Shown here: positions 9,773-21,296 of the stretch, in pieces
Layout: every line of letters starts with the position of its first letter
How positions within the stretch are numbered: the first letter of the stretch is position 1
Assembly (NCBI GenBank): GCA_963805035.1
Contig: CAWDSU010000001.1
Location: 35,465-99,464, forward strand
Source of the DNA: an uncultured Methanoregulaceae archaeon
GTDB lineage: Archaea; Halobacteriota; Methanomicrobia; Methanomicrobiales; Methanospirillaceae
Reading direction: 5' to 3'
Length of the DNA stretch: 64,000 nucleotides
Translations under genes and position numbers: made by a program
The notes under the pieces: generated by a model
What the model was told of the DNA's origin: nothing
What the model saw: only the letters and a program-made list of their open reading frames with translations
The model's database searches: none

Positions 9773-11013
9773 TCACCATGTGGCGCGCCGGAACTCGTCT
9801 TCATGGCCGAGAACCATGGTCGCGTCGACCCCGATCTTCACGTTCGTGCCATCCTCTTTCTGGCAGGGGTCAAGCGATGAGCCCCGGGCACCGGTGATCA
9901 CCATAACGTCCCGGTCACCGCTCACCCGGGTCGCGATGGCGTACTCCACTTCTGTAGGATCGGTAGGTTCGATATCCTCGTCAACAACTACCACATGTTT
10001 GAGCGAGGTATGGGCGGCAAAAGCCGCCATGATCGCGTTTTTCCCGTCGCCCTGCGTGCTCTTTTTGATCTGGATAACTGCATGAAGATAGCCGCAGCCG
10101 CCCTTTGTGAGCACGACGTTTTTCACTTCGGTAACTCCCGCAACCGCCCGGTAGATCTTGGGCTCGTAGGGGCACCCCATCAGGATCTTGTGCTCGTCGC
10201 CCCCGGGCAGGATGCTGTGGTAAATAAAATCTGGTTTCGTGTGCATGCCGGTGAACTCGATCACCGGCTGGCGCCGGACCGGGTCGTAGGTGCCCGTGAT
10301 ATCGACAAACGGGCCCTCATCGGTGACATCCGCACCGATAAACCCTTCGAGCACGATCTCTGCATCTGCCGGAACAAGAACCCCGTTGCTGCACTCCCTG
10401 ACATGGATCGTCCCACCCAGCAGTTCTGCTGCATACGCCAGTTCCTTCCCGGCCGGTACCGGGTGCAGCTGGCAAACATCACGGCCGGGTGCACACCGAC
10501 AACCACCGCGAGCGGCAGGCGCTCCCCGCAGGCAAGGGCCTTTTTGAGCATCACGTGGGTGTGCCGGCCTTCCACGAGCCGGGCAGCGACTCTGGTGTTG
10601 TCAAGGACGAGCATGCGATGAATGGACGCGTTCTCCACGCCGTCCCATTTCGAGAAGACGATGCCGGCCGTGAAGTATTTACCGGCATCTTTCGGGAAGA
10701 AGTGCATGACCGGGATGCGGGAGAGGTCCGGCTTCTTCATCGCCAGTTTCCCGTCATTAACGATCTTCCCGTCGAAGGTGGCATCCGAGAGCTTTTTTAC
10801 CATCTCTTTTTCATTCATGCCAAGTGCCGACGCGAGCGTGCACCGGTCCGCGGTTACGTTCATAACAGTCCGTGCACTGCCCATATGGTGGAAGAAGAGG
10901 ATCTTGTCCGTTGCAGCCGCCTGCTGTGCAGCCTTCATGTCATCCGGTGAGCACGGTCCGGTGATATCGACAACGAACCCCTCTTTGCGCATTTTTTCGA
11001 TAAATTCACGCAT
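9773..11013 (-). CDS. ubiD: UbiD-family decarboxylase (probable anhydromevalonate phosphate decarboxylase); frameshift near 10460
   Basis: [51 protein letters not shown] split across ORFs 10261..11022 and 9773..10354. Confidence 0.88.
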
Positions 11014-11561
11014 CGTAACCACTCCAGCGTCCCGAGAGCGTATGGGCGACCCCGAGGTGATCGAGTACCCGGGCCACTACCATGTCCACAAGATCATCGA
11101 TCTTCTCCGGGTGGTGGTAGAACCCGGGGCTCGCCCGGCATAATGGTCGCGCCGGCTTCATGCGCCGCAAGCATGTTCTTTAAGTGGATCTGTGAGAGGG
11201 GCATCTCGCGGGTGACAAGGATGCACCTCCGGCGTTCTTTCAGGCAGACATCGGCAGTCCGGGTAATCAGGTTGTCCGCATAGCCGGATGCAATCGCGGA
11301 GAGCGTCTTTGCACTGCAGGGGATGATAACCATCCCGTCGTGCCGGTGGGACCCGCTTGCGATTTCCGCGCTGATCGCACCGATATCATGATAGGTTGCG
11401 TCAAACCCTGACAGGTCGATCCTCTCATGGCGTGCGATCTCCTGTGCAATCTCAGAAATGATCAGATGCACTTGGGCATCCTGGCACAGCACCTCGAGCA
11501 GGCGCCGGGCATAGCATATCCCGCTCGCACCGGTTACCCCGACCACGTATTCCTTTTTCAT
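11006..11561 (-). CDS. ubiX: UbiX flavin prenyltransferase; frameshift near 11135
   Basis: [38 protein letters not shown]; removing one G restores [10 protein letters not shown] and RWSG. Confidence 0.9.
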
Positions 11562-11663
11562 GGTATCCCTCCGCGCTCTCCTGTGGTACCAATGTCGGAG
11601 TCCCAAGGTAAAAAGGGTTTATGCAAAAAAGCCAACGGAGAACACGAGCCGCAAAAAGGGAGA

Positions 11664-12116
11664 TTATTTCCGGACCGGGGCAAAGAAACGGTATCTCACC
11701 CTAGACTCCTCCACCCGGCGGGCATGGGAGGGGTTGAGATCCCGCCGGGCTTCGATGACGAGGGTATTGAGGATGTTGTGGAGCCGGAGGGTATCAAAGT
11801 CCTTCTCCTTGTGCTCGTTGAGGAAATCAAGCAGGTCGCTGACGCTCTTGAGGACACCGGAGCTGGCAATGAGGTTGAGCCGGTTAAGGGTGAGCGCCAG
11901 GTTCTTTTTTGCGATATCCATCTTGTAACTGTCATTTCCGGCGAGGTTAATCTCGGTCACGGCGTTGAGCAGGTCCGTGTATGCCCGGAGCTTATAGCCG
12001 CTCTCATGCATCCTGCGCTCCGCTGAGCGGAGCCTGAGGAACGTGACCGCAAGTACGACAATAACGATGATGACACCGCAGGTAATAACAAATACATCGC
12101 TTGTGATATCAGCCAA
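11664..12116 (-). CDS. Hypothetical membrane-anchored protein
   Basis: 150-aa ORF, N-terminal hydrophobic helix, GGTGA RBS upstream. Confidence 0.7.
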   Translation of the reverse strand: MADITSDVFVITCGVIIVIVVLAVTFLRLRSAERRMHESGYKLRAYTDLLNAVTEINLAGNDSYKMDIAKKNLALTLNRLNLIASSGVLKSVSDLLDFLNEHKEKDFDTLRLHNILNTLVIEARRDLNPSHARRVEESRVRYRFFAPVRK

Positions 12117-12127
12117 TTCATTTCACC

Positions 12128-12607
12128 TCATGGAAGTCGCTTTGCTACATCCAGTTTCACATTGACCAGGTTTCCCGTCAGCATAATCTGGTAGGGTCCC
12201 GTCGTATACATGGGATATTGCTGGTATGTGTCATTAAGATATGTCCAGGTAAACGTCTGGTTTTTCCGGGTGTCGAGGTTGGTCACGGTCATTTCGAACC
12301 AGCAGTCCTGTGGGCTGTCACTGAGGGGGAGAACGGTATACACGATCGCCCATGAGGGATCGGCGATCCGTAACTGCTCTGTAATCGTTTCGCTCTGGTT
12401 GGAGAATGAATACGATTTATAAAGATATTGATCGCCGATGGAAATCGCGGGCTGGGTCACCGTAACCGCGGGAGTAATGTTCGCCGCTGCCGTCAGTGCT
12501 GCGGTTATGACCGTCCCGTTCTGCCCGGCCGGGCTGGTGTTCATGCATCCTGCACCCATGACTCCCAGAATAACGAGAATCGTGCAGGGGATCAGGTAGA
12601 TTTTCAT
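12128..12607 (-). CDS. Hypothetical lipoprotein/secreted protein
   Basis: Signal peptide with lipobox-like GAGC, Thr/Ala linker, beta-rich C-domain. Confidence 0.72.
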   Translation of the reverse strand: MKIYLIPCTILVILGVMGAGCMNTSPAGQNGTVITAALTAAANITPAVTVTQPAISIGDQYLYKSYSFSNQSETITEQLRIADPSWAIVYTVLPLSDSPQDCWFEMTVTNLDTRKNQTFTWTYLNDTYQQYPMYTTGPYQIMLTGNLVNVKLDVAKRLP

Positions 12608-12678
12608 TGGGGATAGTGTTGGAAAAGAGCACTATTAGAGTTTATTATTCGCATGAAGGAGTACCGGAACGGAGGAGA

Positions 12679-13899
12679 TCAGAAGAGGGTTTCCTGACGG
12701 GTGGGCTTTTTTATATGCAGGATCTCTGCTGAGGCGTCGGCCACCGCATCGCGGTACTGGGGAAGGGTATATACGCCGAGTCTCCACTGTTCACGCCGGG
12801 TCTGGTTGAGGGTCTGCAACCGGGGAGAGAGTTCGGCAAAACCCACGACGGTGTGCCGGTTTTTTACCTGAACCTCAAGCGACATCTCCCCGGGAACGGG
12901 AGGGATGTCCACCAGCACATCGCTTGGGTGGCAGCCGGCTCTTCCTGCAATCTCTCCGGCAACCTCACGTGCCCGTTCCACCGGCCAGCCGTTCTGGAAT
13001 GCTGCTGCATTCACCTGGTCCTGCCCGGCATATACTGCCCTTTTATAGAGCTGCCTCCGGTAGAGCCGGGCGGTAATTTCCCGTGTAAGGGAACTTGGGG
13101 AACTTTTGAGCTCATGCATGCATTCCCAGTCATCGAGGCCACAGAATCGTTCAAAGCCACCGACAGGGCCGGTTTCCATGTGAGCGAGGACGGCCAGCTG
13201 GAACATGCACTCCCCAATCCGGCTGACATGATGATAGTAAACAGTCGGACGCATCAGCGTTCGTGCAATAAGGAGCGATTCGGCCGCGTTAATGCCGTTC
13301 TCGTCGAGCGCAATCCCGTCCGGGGTCAGGTGGAGATTCCTGATGAGCCGGTGCGCGTCCACCGTGCCGTACGGAGCGCCGGTATAGTATGCGTCCCGGA
13401 GCAGGTAGTCCATCCGGTCCACATCGAGATCGCCGCGAATAATCCCCGAAAGCCGGTGTCTGCCCTTTACGACATCACAGATTTCGGTTGGGCTTAAAGA
13501 CAGTGGTTCAAGGAGCGCCCCGAACTGCGTTTCTGTTATCCCAACGATATCGTCATGGGTGCGGCCGAGGCGCGATTCCATGAGCGGCTCGCTGGCATGG
13601 GAGAACGGGCCGTGGCCCACATCATGGAGAAGGGCAGCGATCATCACCAGCAGGCGGTCGTCCTCCTCAAGACCAAACTGCCGGCAGGCGACACCGGCCA
13701 AGTGCATCGTCCCCACCGAATGTTCAAAACGCGTGTGGTTGGCCCCGGGATAGACAAGGTACGAGAAGCCGAGCTGGTGGATATACCTCAGGCGCTGGAT
13801 GGCAGGGGCATCCAGGAGCTGCAGGATCTTCTCGTCCACCTCAACATAGCCATGGACCGGATCCTTGATGATCTTGGGACTCACTAAAAGAATCTTCAT
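12679..13899 (-). CDS. HD-domain phosphohydrolase (SAMHD1/dNTPase-like)
   Basis: IKDPVHG, QRLRYIHQLG, HTRFEHSVG, LLHDVGHGPFSH, DVDRMDYLLRD; start uncertain (13884-13905). Confidence 0.9.
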   Translation of the reverse strand: MKILLVSPKIIKDPVHGYVEVDEKILQLLDAPAIQRLRYIHQLGFSYLVYPGANHTRFEHSVGTMHLAGVACRQFGLEEDDRLLVMIAALLHDVGHGPFSHASEPLMESRLGRTHDDIVGITETQFGALLEPLSLSPTEICDVVKGRHRLSGIIRGDLDVDRMDYLLRDAYYTGAPYGTVDAHRLIRNLHLTPDGIALDENGINAAESLLIARTLMRPTVYYHHVSRIGECMFQLAVLAHMETGPVGGFERFCGLDDWECMHELKSSPSSLTREITARLYRRQLYKRAVYAGQDQVNAAAFQNGWPVERAREVAGEIAGRAGCHPSDVLVDIPPVPGEMSLEVQVKNRHTVVGFAELSPRLQTLNQTRREQWRLGVYTLPQYRDAVADASAEILHIKKPTRQETLF

Positions 13900-13924
13900 A
13901 TACATCGCATAAAAGTATTGAGTA

Positions 13925-14827
13925 ATGATTACGTTCCTTTCGGGCGGGACCGGCACCCCAAAGCTGTTGCGCGGGATGCAGAAGGTGATGGACCGGCACG
14001 AGATCTCGGTTGTAGTTAACACGGCCGAGGACATCTGGATCTCAGGCAACCACATATCACCTGACCTTGATACCGTCATGTACCTTTTTGCCGGGGTGCT
14101 CAATACCGATACATGGTGGGGGGTAAGGAACGACACCTTCACCACGCACGATGAGATCACCCGGATGGGCCTTGAGGAGTTCATTGCGATCGGGGACCGC
14201 GACCGGGGAGTGCATATCGCGCGTGGGAATATGCTCCGGGACGGCATGAGGCTGACTAACATTACTAAAAACCTCTGCGATCGTTTCGGCGTACGGGAAA
14301 ATGTCCTGCCAATGTCAGATACCGAAGTCACTACCCGGGTAAAAACTGAGCTGGGGCTTATCCACTACCAGGAATACTGGGTGAGGGGCAAGGGCAAGAT
14401 CCCGATCCAAGGTGTCATCCGCTGTTCAAAGGAGCCCCCGGAAAGTTCAGAAGAGGTATTGCAGGCAATTGAAGCAAGCAGAACCGTGATTATCGGGCCG
14501 TCAAACCCGATTACGAGCATCATCCCTGTCCTCGAATGTAGGGGGCTCAAAGACGCCCTCAAAGACAAGTTTGTCATTGCCGTGAGTCCTTTCATCGGGA
14601 ACACTCCGGTGAGCGGTCCTGCTGCTGCACTTATGAAAGCCTCGGGATTTGAAGCGACATCAGCAGGCACTGCCGCGTGCTACAGGGATATCGTAGATCT
14701 CTTCATCCATGACATCCGCGATCCCGTTGAGGTAAAAGACGCGATCCGGCTGGACACGCTGATGACAGGGGAAGAAAAAAGTATTGAGCTTGCGGAAAAA
14801 ATCCTGAAGCTGGCAGACAGGAACTGA
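13925..14827 (+). CDS. cofD: 2-phospho-L-lactate transferase (F420 biosynthesis)
   Basis: [45 protein letters not shown]. Confidence 0.95.
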   Translation: MITFLSGGTGTPKLLRGMQKVMDRHEISVVVNTAEDIWISGNHISPDLDTVMYLFAGVLNTDTWWGVRNDTFTTHDEITRMGLEEFIAIGDRDRGVHIARGNMLRDGMRLTNITKNLCDRFGVRENVLPMSDTEVTTRVKTELGLIHYQEYWVRGKGKIPIQGVIRCSKEPPESSEEVLQAIEASRTVIIGPSNPITSIIPVLECRGLKDALKDKFVIAVSPFIGNTPVSGPAAALMKASGFEATSAGTAACYRDIVDLFIHDIRDPVEVKDAIRLDTLMTGEEKSIELAEKILKLADRN

Positions 14828-14952
14828 TTGTTCCCCTTCATGCTTTTTCCCGGGAATGATCTTTCGCGTATTCCGGTCATTCCGCTCCAGAGCATTTGCA
14901 CAAGTATTTTAATTGATAATCATGATAACCTCTCCACTATAAGGGAGACGGA

Positions 14953-15876
14953 ATGAAGCGGATTCTCATTGTTTCAGCGTTAATTGTTTGTGTCCTCATC
15001 TCCGGGTGCACATCGACTCAGTCATCCGGCAAAGGCACGCTCCAGTTTTCAACCTCGCCGGAAGGTGCCCAGATATATCTCGATAACCAGTACCAGGGAA
15101 CCACCCCGAGTACCCTCACTGGTGTATCGATGGGGGCACATACCCTTGAATTCCGCTATACCGGTTACCAGAGCTGGGATACCAATATCACCGTTAACAC
15201 GGCTACTTCGACCTATTATGCCGCCCTGACGCCTCTTGCATCCCAGACCGTGCAGCCCACTCTGATGCCGGGAGGATCCACAATACAGGGATCCACGACC
15301 GGCTCCCAGCCCATAGTGACAATCCAGGAAAGCCAGATAGTTATGACCATCGGAAGCACGCAGACGTTTTCCGGCACCTGCGCGGGAAGTGATACCGTCT
15401 TATTGGTGCTCTATGGGCCGGGGGCCTATGCAAACGGCATGCAAATAGCCCAGGTGCCGGTCAGCGCGGTCAACACATGGAGTTATGTGTGGAACCCTGG
15501 AAACAGGGTGATCTCTGGCACGTATACCATGATCGCCTTTGATAAGGAGAAGATCTCCTCAGCAACCGCGACATTCTCCGTTGTCGGCGGCGGATTGGTC
15601 AGTATCATCTCGAGCTCAACCGTCGTAACACAAGGAGACACGGTCACGTATTCCGGCTTGTGCACTACCGGGGCCAATAGTGTTATCCTTACATTATACG
15701 GTCCTGGACAGTTTTCCGGGGGTGTGCAGGTCGCAACCCTGTCTCTCAACGCGGATAATACCTATTCATATAAATACACCTTCGACCTGTCACGACCCGT
15801 AGGATCGTATACCATGGTTGTCAATGATCAACAAAATACTGCATCAGCTTCCGTGACCATTTCACTGAGTAGTTGA
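14953..15876 (+). CDS. PEGA-domain lipoprotein with two Ig-like repeats
   Basis: Lipobox LISGC; PEGA motif STSPEGAQIYLDNQYQGTTP; two LYGPG-containing repeats. Confidence 0.82.
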   Translation: MKRILIVSALIVCVLISGCTSTQSSGKGTLQFSTSPEGAQIYLDNQYQGTTPSTLTGVSMGAHTLEFRYTGYQSWDTNITVNTATSTYYAALTPLASQTVQPTLMPGGSTIQGSTTGSQPIVTIQESQIVMTIGSTQTFSGTCAGSDTVLLVLYGPGAYANGMQIAQVPVSAVNTWSYVWNPGNRVISGTYTMIAFDKEKISSATATFSVVGGGLVSIISSSTVVTQGDTVTYSGLCTTGANSVILTLYGPGQFSGGVQVATLSLNADNTYSYKYTFDLSRPVGSYTMVVNDQQNTASASVTISLSS

Positions 15877-16063
15877 TCGCCGGGTCATACAACCGGGAGA
15901 GCGGGCATGAAAATTCCGTTTTTATAGCAAGCCACGATGCATGAGTAAGTCAGGAAGCTGCAGTGCACTATTTTTAATCTGAATGGAAATCGAACACTAT
16001 CGTGGGCATCCGATACCTATTTGAAGGATTTTATACAAACACTGAACCCGAGGGAAATAATCC

Positions 16064-17251
16064 ATGGCGATCATAAAAAAAATTCTTAACATATTCAAGT
16101 CTGGAAGCCGCGAGGAGGAAGAAGCTCGACTGCGAGCCCAGCGGGAACGCTACGAAAATTTCCTGATGGCACTCACCAGCGGCGACCTTGACACACGCTG
16201 GAACGCAGTCCGTTCTGTCGGCGACCTCGGGGAACCCTTTGTCGAACCGCTTATCAACGGACTTAAAGACGAGTTCTGGATCATCCGGCGGGGCTCTGCT
16301 GACACATTGGGCAAGATCGGTTCTCCTGCGGTTGTACCGCTGATAGGTGCGCTCTCCGATCCGGGTGAGGATATCCGGCAGGAGACCATCCGGGCACTCC
16401 AGCTCATCGGCGAACCGGCTGTCGGCCCTCTCATCCAGTCGCTCAAGCACAATCACCCGTTCATCCGTCGTGGAGCCCTGCAGGCTCTCGGCGTTATGGG
16501 CGAGGTCCGTGCTGAGCCACATATTATCGAAGCACTTAAGGATACCGACTCATGGGTCCGTCATGAAGCGGCCGTTTCACTGGGAAGAATAGGGACCCCG
16601 CATGCAGTGGCTCCCTTGATCGAGAGCCTTAACGACCCTCTGGAGCATGTACGGATGGCCGCGATGGCGACACTCTGCTCACTGGGGCAGGCATCGATCC
16701 CGCCCCTCATCCAGGCCCTTGTCGACAAAAACGAGGATATTTCCCGCCGGGCTGCACTGGCACTTGCCACCATCAGTGAGCCCTCGGTCGAGCCACTCAT
16801 TGCTGCCCTGACCGACAAGAACCCGGGGATTCGCAAAGAGGCCGCAGCGGTGCTGGGCCAGATCGGGAATACAAAGGCCATTCCCTCAATTATTGAGGCA
16901 CTTGCAGACCCTGAGCGGGCGGTCAGGATAGAGGCAGTCAAGGCATTGGCAGCGCTCGGCGTGCCCGCAATTGCCCCTCTTATGCAGGTCTTCCGCGAAG
17001 GGGATGTCCGGACAAGAACGGGCGCGATGGAGGCGCTCTGGATGCTTGGCCAGCCGGCTACAACGCCGCTCATCATGGTGCTCAAGGACGACCAGAGTGA
17101 TGTGCGGAAACGGGCAGCCCTCCTCCTCGGTGAAATCGGTGACCAGAAAGCTACCGACCACCTGACCGGTCTCTTATCCGACGATAATGTTTCCGTGAGA
17201 CGCGAAGCGTTTGAAGCACTGGAAATGATCAAGAAAAGAAATCTTCAATAA
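16064..17251 (+). CDS. HEAT/PBS-lyase repeat protein
   Basis: Many VRxxAAxxLGxIG..A..PLI..L.D repeats. Confidence 0.92.
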   Translation: MAIIKKILNIFKSGSREEEEARLRAQRERYENFLMALTSGDLDTRWNAVRSVGDLGEPFVEPLINGLKDEFWIIRRGSADTLGKIGSPAVVPLIGALSDPGEDIRQETIRALQLIGEPAVGPLIQSLKHNHPFIRRGALQALGVMGEVRAEPHIIEALKDTDSWVRHEAAVSLGRIGTPHAVAPLIESLNDPLEHVRMAAMATLCSLGQASIPPLIQALVDKNEDISRRAALALATISEPSVEPLIAALTDKNPGIRKEAAAVLGQIGNTKAIPSIIEALADPERAVRIEAVKALAALGVPAIAPLMQVFREGDVRTRTGAMEALWMLGQPATTPLIMVLKDDQSDVRKRAALLLGEIGDQKATDHLTGLLSDDNVSVRREAFEALEMIKKRNLQ

Positions 17252-17584
17252 TCCTCACTTTTTTCCAATGTATCGTGGTTCTCATCAACCCAAGCCGGGG
17301 AGTTTCACATTCCAGCATTTCCGGCGTACCGGCTTTGGCACTTCCTGCAGAATCGCCGCGGAACCAGAAATTTATCTCGGTGCGGTGGAGTTTCCAAGAG
17401 CACACGGTATTGAGGTGATTAGGCTTGTGTCTCCAGACTGCAGAGAAAAAAATGAATGATTCCATTGTGGTAAAACCCATGAGAGAAAAAGAAAGGATAT
17501 TTCATGCAGGTCGTTGCAGGTCGGGAGGGAAGACAGGGAATTTTCATGGGTTAAATGAATTTTACCGTGTATTTTTCCAAAAAG

Positions 17585-18250
17585 TCAGATCCAGCCCATC
17601 GCCTTCCAGTGATCGAACTCGTGCGTCCACACATCCTTGTTTGCAAGCACGAGCTGCTTCATGTGGGCTTTCCTGTCCGCATAATATGCCTGCTGGGCAG
17701 GATCCTTCCACTGTGTCCGGATAGCTTCTGCCAGTTTCCTGCCCAAATCCTTCGCCTTCTTCTCGGCCGGAACAATCAGGTCGGGATTTCCCATGAAATT
17801 TACGCCCACCGTGCCGACCGTGGTCGCTCCAAGCATCCGCATTGCCGAGTTCATATACTCTGCTGTCTCGTCTGCCATTGCCCCACCTGCAGTGGAAACC
17901 GCGCACCCGTATTTCCCAGTAAAATGCATGCAGTGGACGCTGTCTGCCATCCGGTCGAGGATGGTTTTGAGCTGCGCCGTAACCGAATTAATATAGACCG
18001 GCGAGCCAAGCACAATACCATCAGCATCGAGCAGTTTCTCGTAAAGGGCCGGCATATCGTCGTCGTGGACACACTCGCCTTTAGCATAGCAGGTTGTACA
18101 CGCCGTGCAGTACTGGATCCTCAGGGAGCAGATATCAACAAACGTAACATCCACACCTGTTGCACGTGCCCCTTCAAGCACGCCCATGACAAGCCGGCGC
18201 GTCTGGCTCTTTTCTCCTTTTGGGCTCCCGTTTATACCGATGATCTTCAT
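17585..18250 (-). CDS. Iron-sulfur flavoprotein / flavodoxin-fold protein
   Basis: IIGINGSPK, CTACTTCYAKGEC, GSPVY, LKTILDR. Confidence 0.9.
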   Translation of the reverse strand: MKIIGINGSPKGEKSQTRRLVMGVLEGARATGVDVTFVDICSLRIQYCTACTTCYAKGECVHDDDMPALYEKLLDADGIVLGSPVYINSVTAQLKTILDRMADSVHCMHFTGKYGCAVSTAGGAMADETAEYMNSAMRMLGATTVGTVGVNFMGNPDLIVPAEKKAKDLGRKLAEAIRTQWKDPAQQAYYADRKAHMKQLVLANKDVWTHEFDHWKAMGWI

Positions 18251-18407
18251 GGAGGTGGTCACCAGAGTAGTGGTCTGCCCGGGACCTCATAAAGGAGTAC
18301 GGTGAGCCGGAATACGAGAACTGACGGGCCGGATGAAGCCTGAAGGCCCCGCCCGCGTAAACCGGGGAATATGCATAAGGGGGTTATATTAAAAAACAAA
18401 AGGCTGG

Positions 18408-19001
18408 TTAAAACCAGTAATTTTTTACAAAGACTTTCGATTTCTCGACCCTCGGGGTATAATAGTGGAGCACCAGCGGGACGATGATAATCGTTATGAG
18501 AGCATTTCCAACCAGCCATGATGTGAATACGGACATAACCTGAGACCAATCAATAACCCCCCCGACAGCCAGTGCTGCCGAACCCCATGCCGCTCCGATG
18601 ACGTTGTTGAGGATAACCCCGAACAGAACGAGATGGAAGAGATCGCGGCGTGACTCCATGCCGACATTTACGTTAAAGATGCGGAATGCGGCAAGGGGGA
18701 TAAGGACCTGCCAGAGATTTGCAAGAGAGAAATAGATCGCGACATTCGCCGGCATCCCGGAGAGGAGCCCGGAACCGAAGAAGCACCCCACATACGCAGC
18801 AAGAGCCCCGTACATGCCAAACCAGAGAGCAAAGACAAGCATGAACGCGGCGGCAATATAGATTGCCGCGACACCGTTGGGAAGAGAGGGACTAATGAGA
18901 TGGGAAACCTGAAGGGAAAACCATGCCAGCAGCGTGTTGACGAGGATAAGCCCGATCACAAGGAGGAGGAACGAATAGGTCGGACGTCTGATATTCTTCA
19001 T
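18408..19001 (-). CDS. Integral membrane protein, MASE1-like
   Basis: 5-6 TM segments; LWFG, ANLWQ, SWLVGNAL resembles the MASE1 W..GD/N motif. Confidence 0.6.
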   Translation of the reverse strand: MKNIRRPTYSFLLLVIGLILVNTLLAWFSLQVSHLISPSLPNGVAAIYIAAAFMLVFALWFGMYGALAAYVGCFFGSGLLSGMPANVAIYFSLANLWQVLIPLAAFRIFNVNVGMESRRDLFHLVLFGVILNNVIGAAWGSAALAVGGVIDWSQVMSVFTSWLVGNALITIIIVPLVLHYYTPRVEKSKVFVKNYWF

Positions 19002-19173
19002 AAATCACCACTATTCCCCTGTTATACTCCACCATAGATAGAATTTATCCTTCATGTCTCCGGATGGAAATCTCAGGGGAAGCACAAATACATCATTCCG
19101 GAACGGGAGCACGGACAGAGGATTTTATGGGCGGGTGTCATAACATTAGGTACTATCGGGTGATACGCGGTTC

Positions 19174-19644
19174 ATGATGGTGACAGGGATTGATCCCGGG
19201 CTCGCAAGGCTCGGGTATGGGGTGATCAGGGCTGACCGGGGCAGTACCTTGCCGGTCTGCTACGGGTGCATAGAGACCCGGGCCGGGACCCGGGCGCCAG
19301 AGCGCCTGCTGGAGATCTACACCGGCCTCCAGGACCTCTTCGATCGCTATCCCCCGGATGCCCTTGCAATGGAGAAACTCTTTTTTTCAAAAAATGTTTC
19401 CTCTGCGATGGGTGTCAGCGAAGTTCGGGGAATCGTCCTCCTTGCAGCGGGGCAGCGGCAGATCCCGGTAATGGAGTATACGCCAAACCAGATCAAGCAG
19501 GCCATCACCGGGTCGGGCCGTGCGGACAAAGCCCAGGTGCAGCAGATGATTACCCGGCTCCTCCACCTGGACGAGATCCCGCAGCCGGATGACGCCGCAG
19601 ACGGCCTTTCGATTGCCTTATGTCATATCCATGTCATGAGATAG
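19174..19644 (+). CDS. ruvC: Holliday junction resolvase RuvC (bacterial type)
   Basis: GIDPGLARLGYGVI, EKLFFSKN, EYTPNQIKQAITGSGRADKAQVQQM, DDAADGLSIALCH. Confidence 0.96.
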   Translation: MMVTGIDPGLARLGYGVIRADRGSTLPVCYGCIETRAGTRAPERLLEIYTGLQDLFDRYPPDALAMEKLFFSKNVSSAMGVSEVRGIVLLAAGQRQIPVMEYTPNQIKQAITGSGRADKAQVQQMITRLLHLDEIPQPDDAADGLSIALCHIHVMR

Positions 19645-19648
19645 TACA

Positions 19649-20254
19649 ATGATCGCGTATCTGGACGGAAAGCCGGTCATGACCGGTGACCGGTGGGTGG
19701 TGCTGGAGGTCAATGGTATCGGCTACCGGGTGCACGTGCCAGAGCCCGAGATCCGTGAGATCGCCCATGCACCCGGCAACGTGAGACTCCACACATACAT
19801 GGCCGTGCGCGAAGATGCAATCACTCTGTACGGGTTTTTGTACGAGAGCGAACTCGAGATGTTTACCGTCCTTCTGGGGGTCTCCGGCATCGGCCCGCAG
19901 ATCTCCCTTAACATCCTCTCCCAGATCGCGCTCGAGGATTTTATCGTTGCAATCCTTTCCGAAGACGAAAAAAGCCTGACAAGGATTTCAGGTATCGGAC
20001 AAAAAGGGGCGAAAAGGCTGATCCTCGAACTCAGGGATAAAATGAAAAAAGTGCAGGCAGCCATGGCACCGATCCCGACCGGGAAAAACGAGCAGGCCAT
20101 CCGGGATGCGGCCAGTGCCCTTGTCTCACTCGGGTTTGCGGATAATGCATCATATGATGCGGTAAAAACTGCAGCCAAAGGACTGAGCTCTCCTTCGATA
20201 CAGGACCTCATAAAGGCGGCACTTCTGCACCTCAAGGAGGGGGAGCGGCGGTGA
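19649..20254 (+). CDS. ruvA: Holliday junction branch migration protein RuvA
   Basis: [51 protein letters not shown]. Confidence 0.96.
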   Translation: MIAYLDGKPVMTGDRWVVLEVNGIGYRVHVPEPEIREIAHAPGNVRLHTYMAVREDAITLYGFLYESELEMFTVLLGVSGIGPQISLNILSQIALEDFIVAILSEDEKSLTRISGIGQKGAKRLILELRDKMKKVQAAMAPIPTGKNEQAIRDAASALVSLGFADNASYDAVKTAAKGLSSPSIQDLIKAALLHLKEGERR

Positions 20255-21257
20255 GCGAACGGGTGATCTCCCCGGAAGCTGTCGCAGACGATCCAGAGGA
20301 GATCACGTTACGGCCGGCAACGCTTGATGCATTTGTCGGGCAGGAGCCGGCAAAAAATGCGCTCCGGATCGCGATCGCGGCGGCCCAGCAGCGGGGTGAG
20401 CCTATCGACCACATCCTGTTTGCCGGGCCTCCGGGTCTGGGGAAGACGACCCTCGCGCATATCATCGCACACGAAATGGGTGCGGCTATCCGGACCACGA
20501 CCGGACCGGTGCTTGAAAAGCCCGGGGACATTGCTGCCATCGTGACCGCTCTCAAAAAGGGGGACGTACTCTTCATTGATGAGATCCACCGCATGAACCC
20601 GGTAGTCGAGGAGATCCTCTACCCTGCGATGGAGGATTTCTTTATCGATGTAATGATCGGTGAGGGACCCAGCGCCCGCTCGATCAAACTGACGCTTGAA
20701 CATTTTACCCTTATCGGCGCAACGACCCGGCAGGGTCTTCTGAGTTCGCCGTTCCGGGACCGCTTCGGGATCATTGTGCGACTGAACCTGTACTCCGCTG
20801 AAGATCTCATCAGGATTGTAACAAGAAGTGCGGCGATCCTGAAGATCCCCATAACCTCTGAAGGTGCAGCAGAGATTGCCGCCCGGAGCCGGGTACGCCG
20901 CGGATCGGTAACCGCCTCCTTCGGAGGGTGCGGGACTTTGCCATAGTGAAAGGCGACGGTACAATCACCGCCGGGATCGCAAAAAGCGGGCTTGAACTAC
21001 TCCAGATCGACGAACTCGGTCTTGACGATATCGACCGCCGCATCATCTCGGTTATTGCGGATGATTTCAGCGGCGGCCCGGTCGGGGTCAAAACGATCGC
21101 GATATCAGTGGGTGAGGAGGTCCGGACAATAGAAGAGGTCTACGAACCCTACCTGATCCAGATAGGGTTTGTGAAACGCACCCCGCAGGGCCGGGAGACG
21201 ACACCTGCCGCACAGCAGCACATCAACCTGAACCATTCCCAGAAGACCTTGTTCTGA
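20251..21257 (+). CDS. ruvB: Holliday junction helicase RuvB; frameshift near 20892
   Basis: [30 protein letters not shown]; adding one G restores SRGTPRI; C-part [17 protein letters not shown]. Confidence 0.95.
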
Positions 21258-21296
21258 GGGAATGTAACCTCCATCGCTTGTGTTCAGGCCGGTCTG

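Noticed and set aside
12679-14331. 550-aa HD protein overlapping cofD
   Set aside because: The extension is antisense to cofD; HD-family similarity starts near 13884-13899.
14953-17251. Internal repeats in the PEGA and HEAT proteins as novel repeat systems
   Set aside because: Ordinary protein-domain repeats common in methanogen surface and scaffold proteins.
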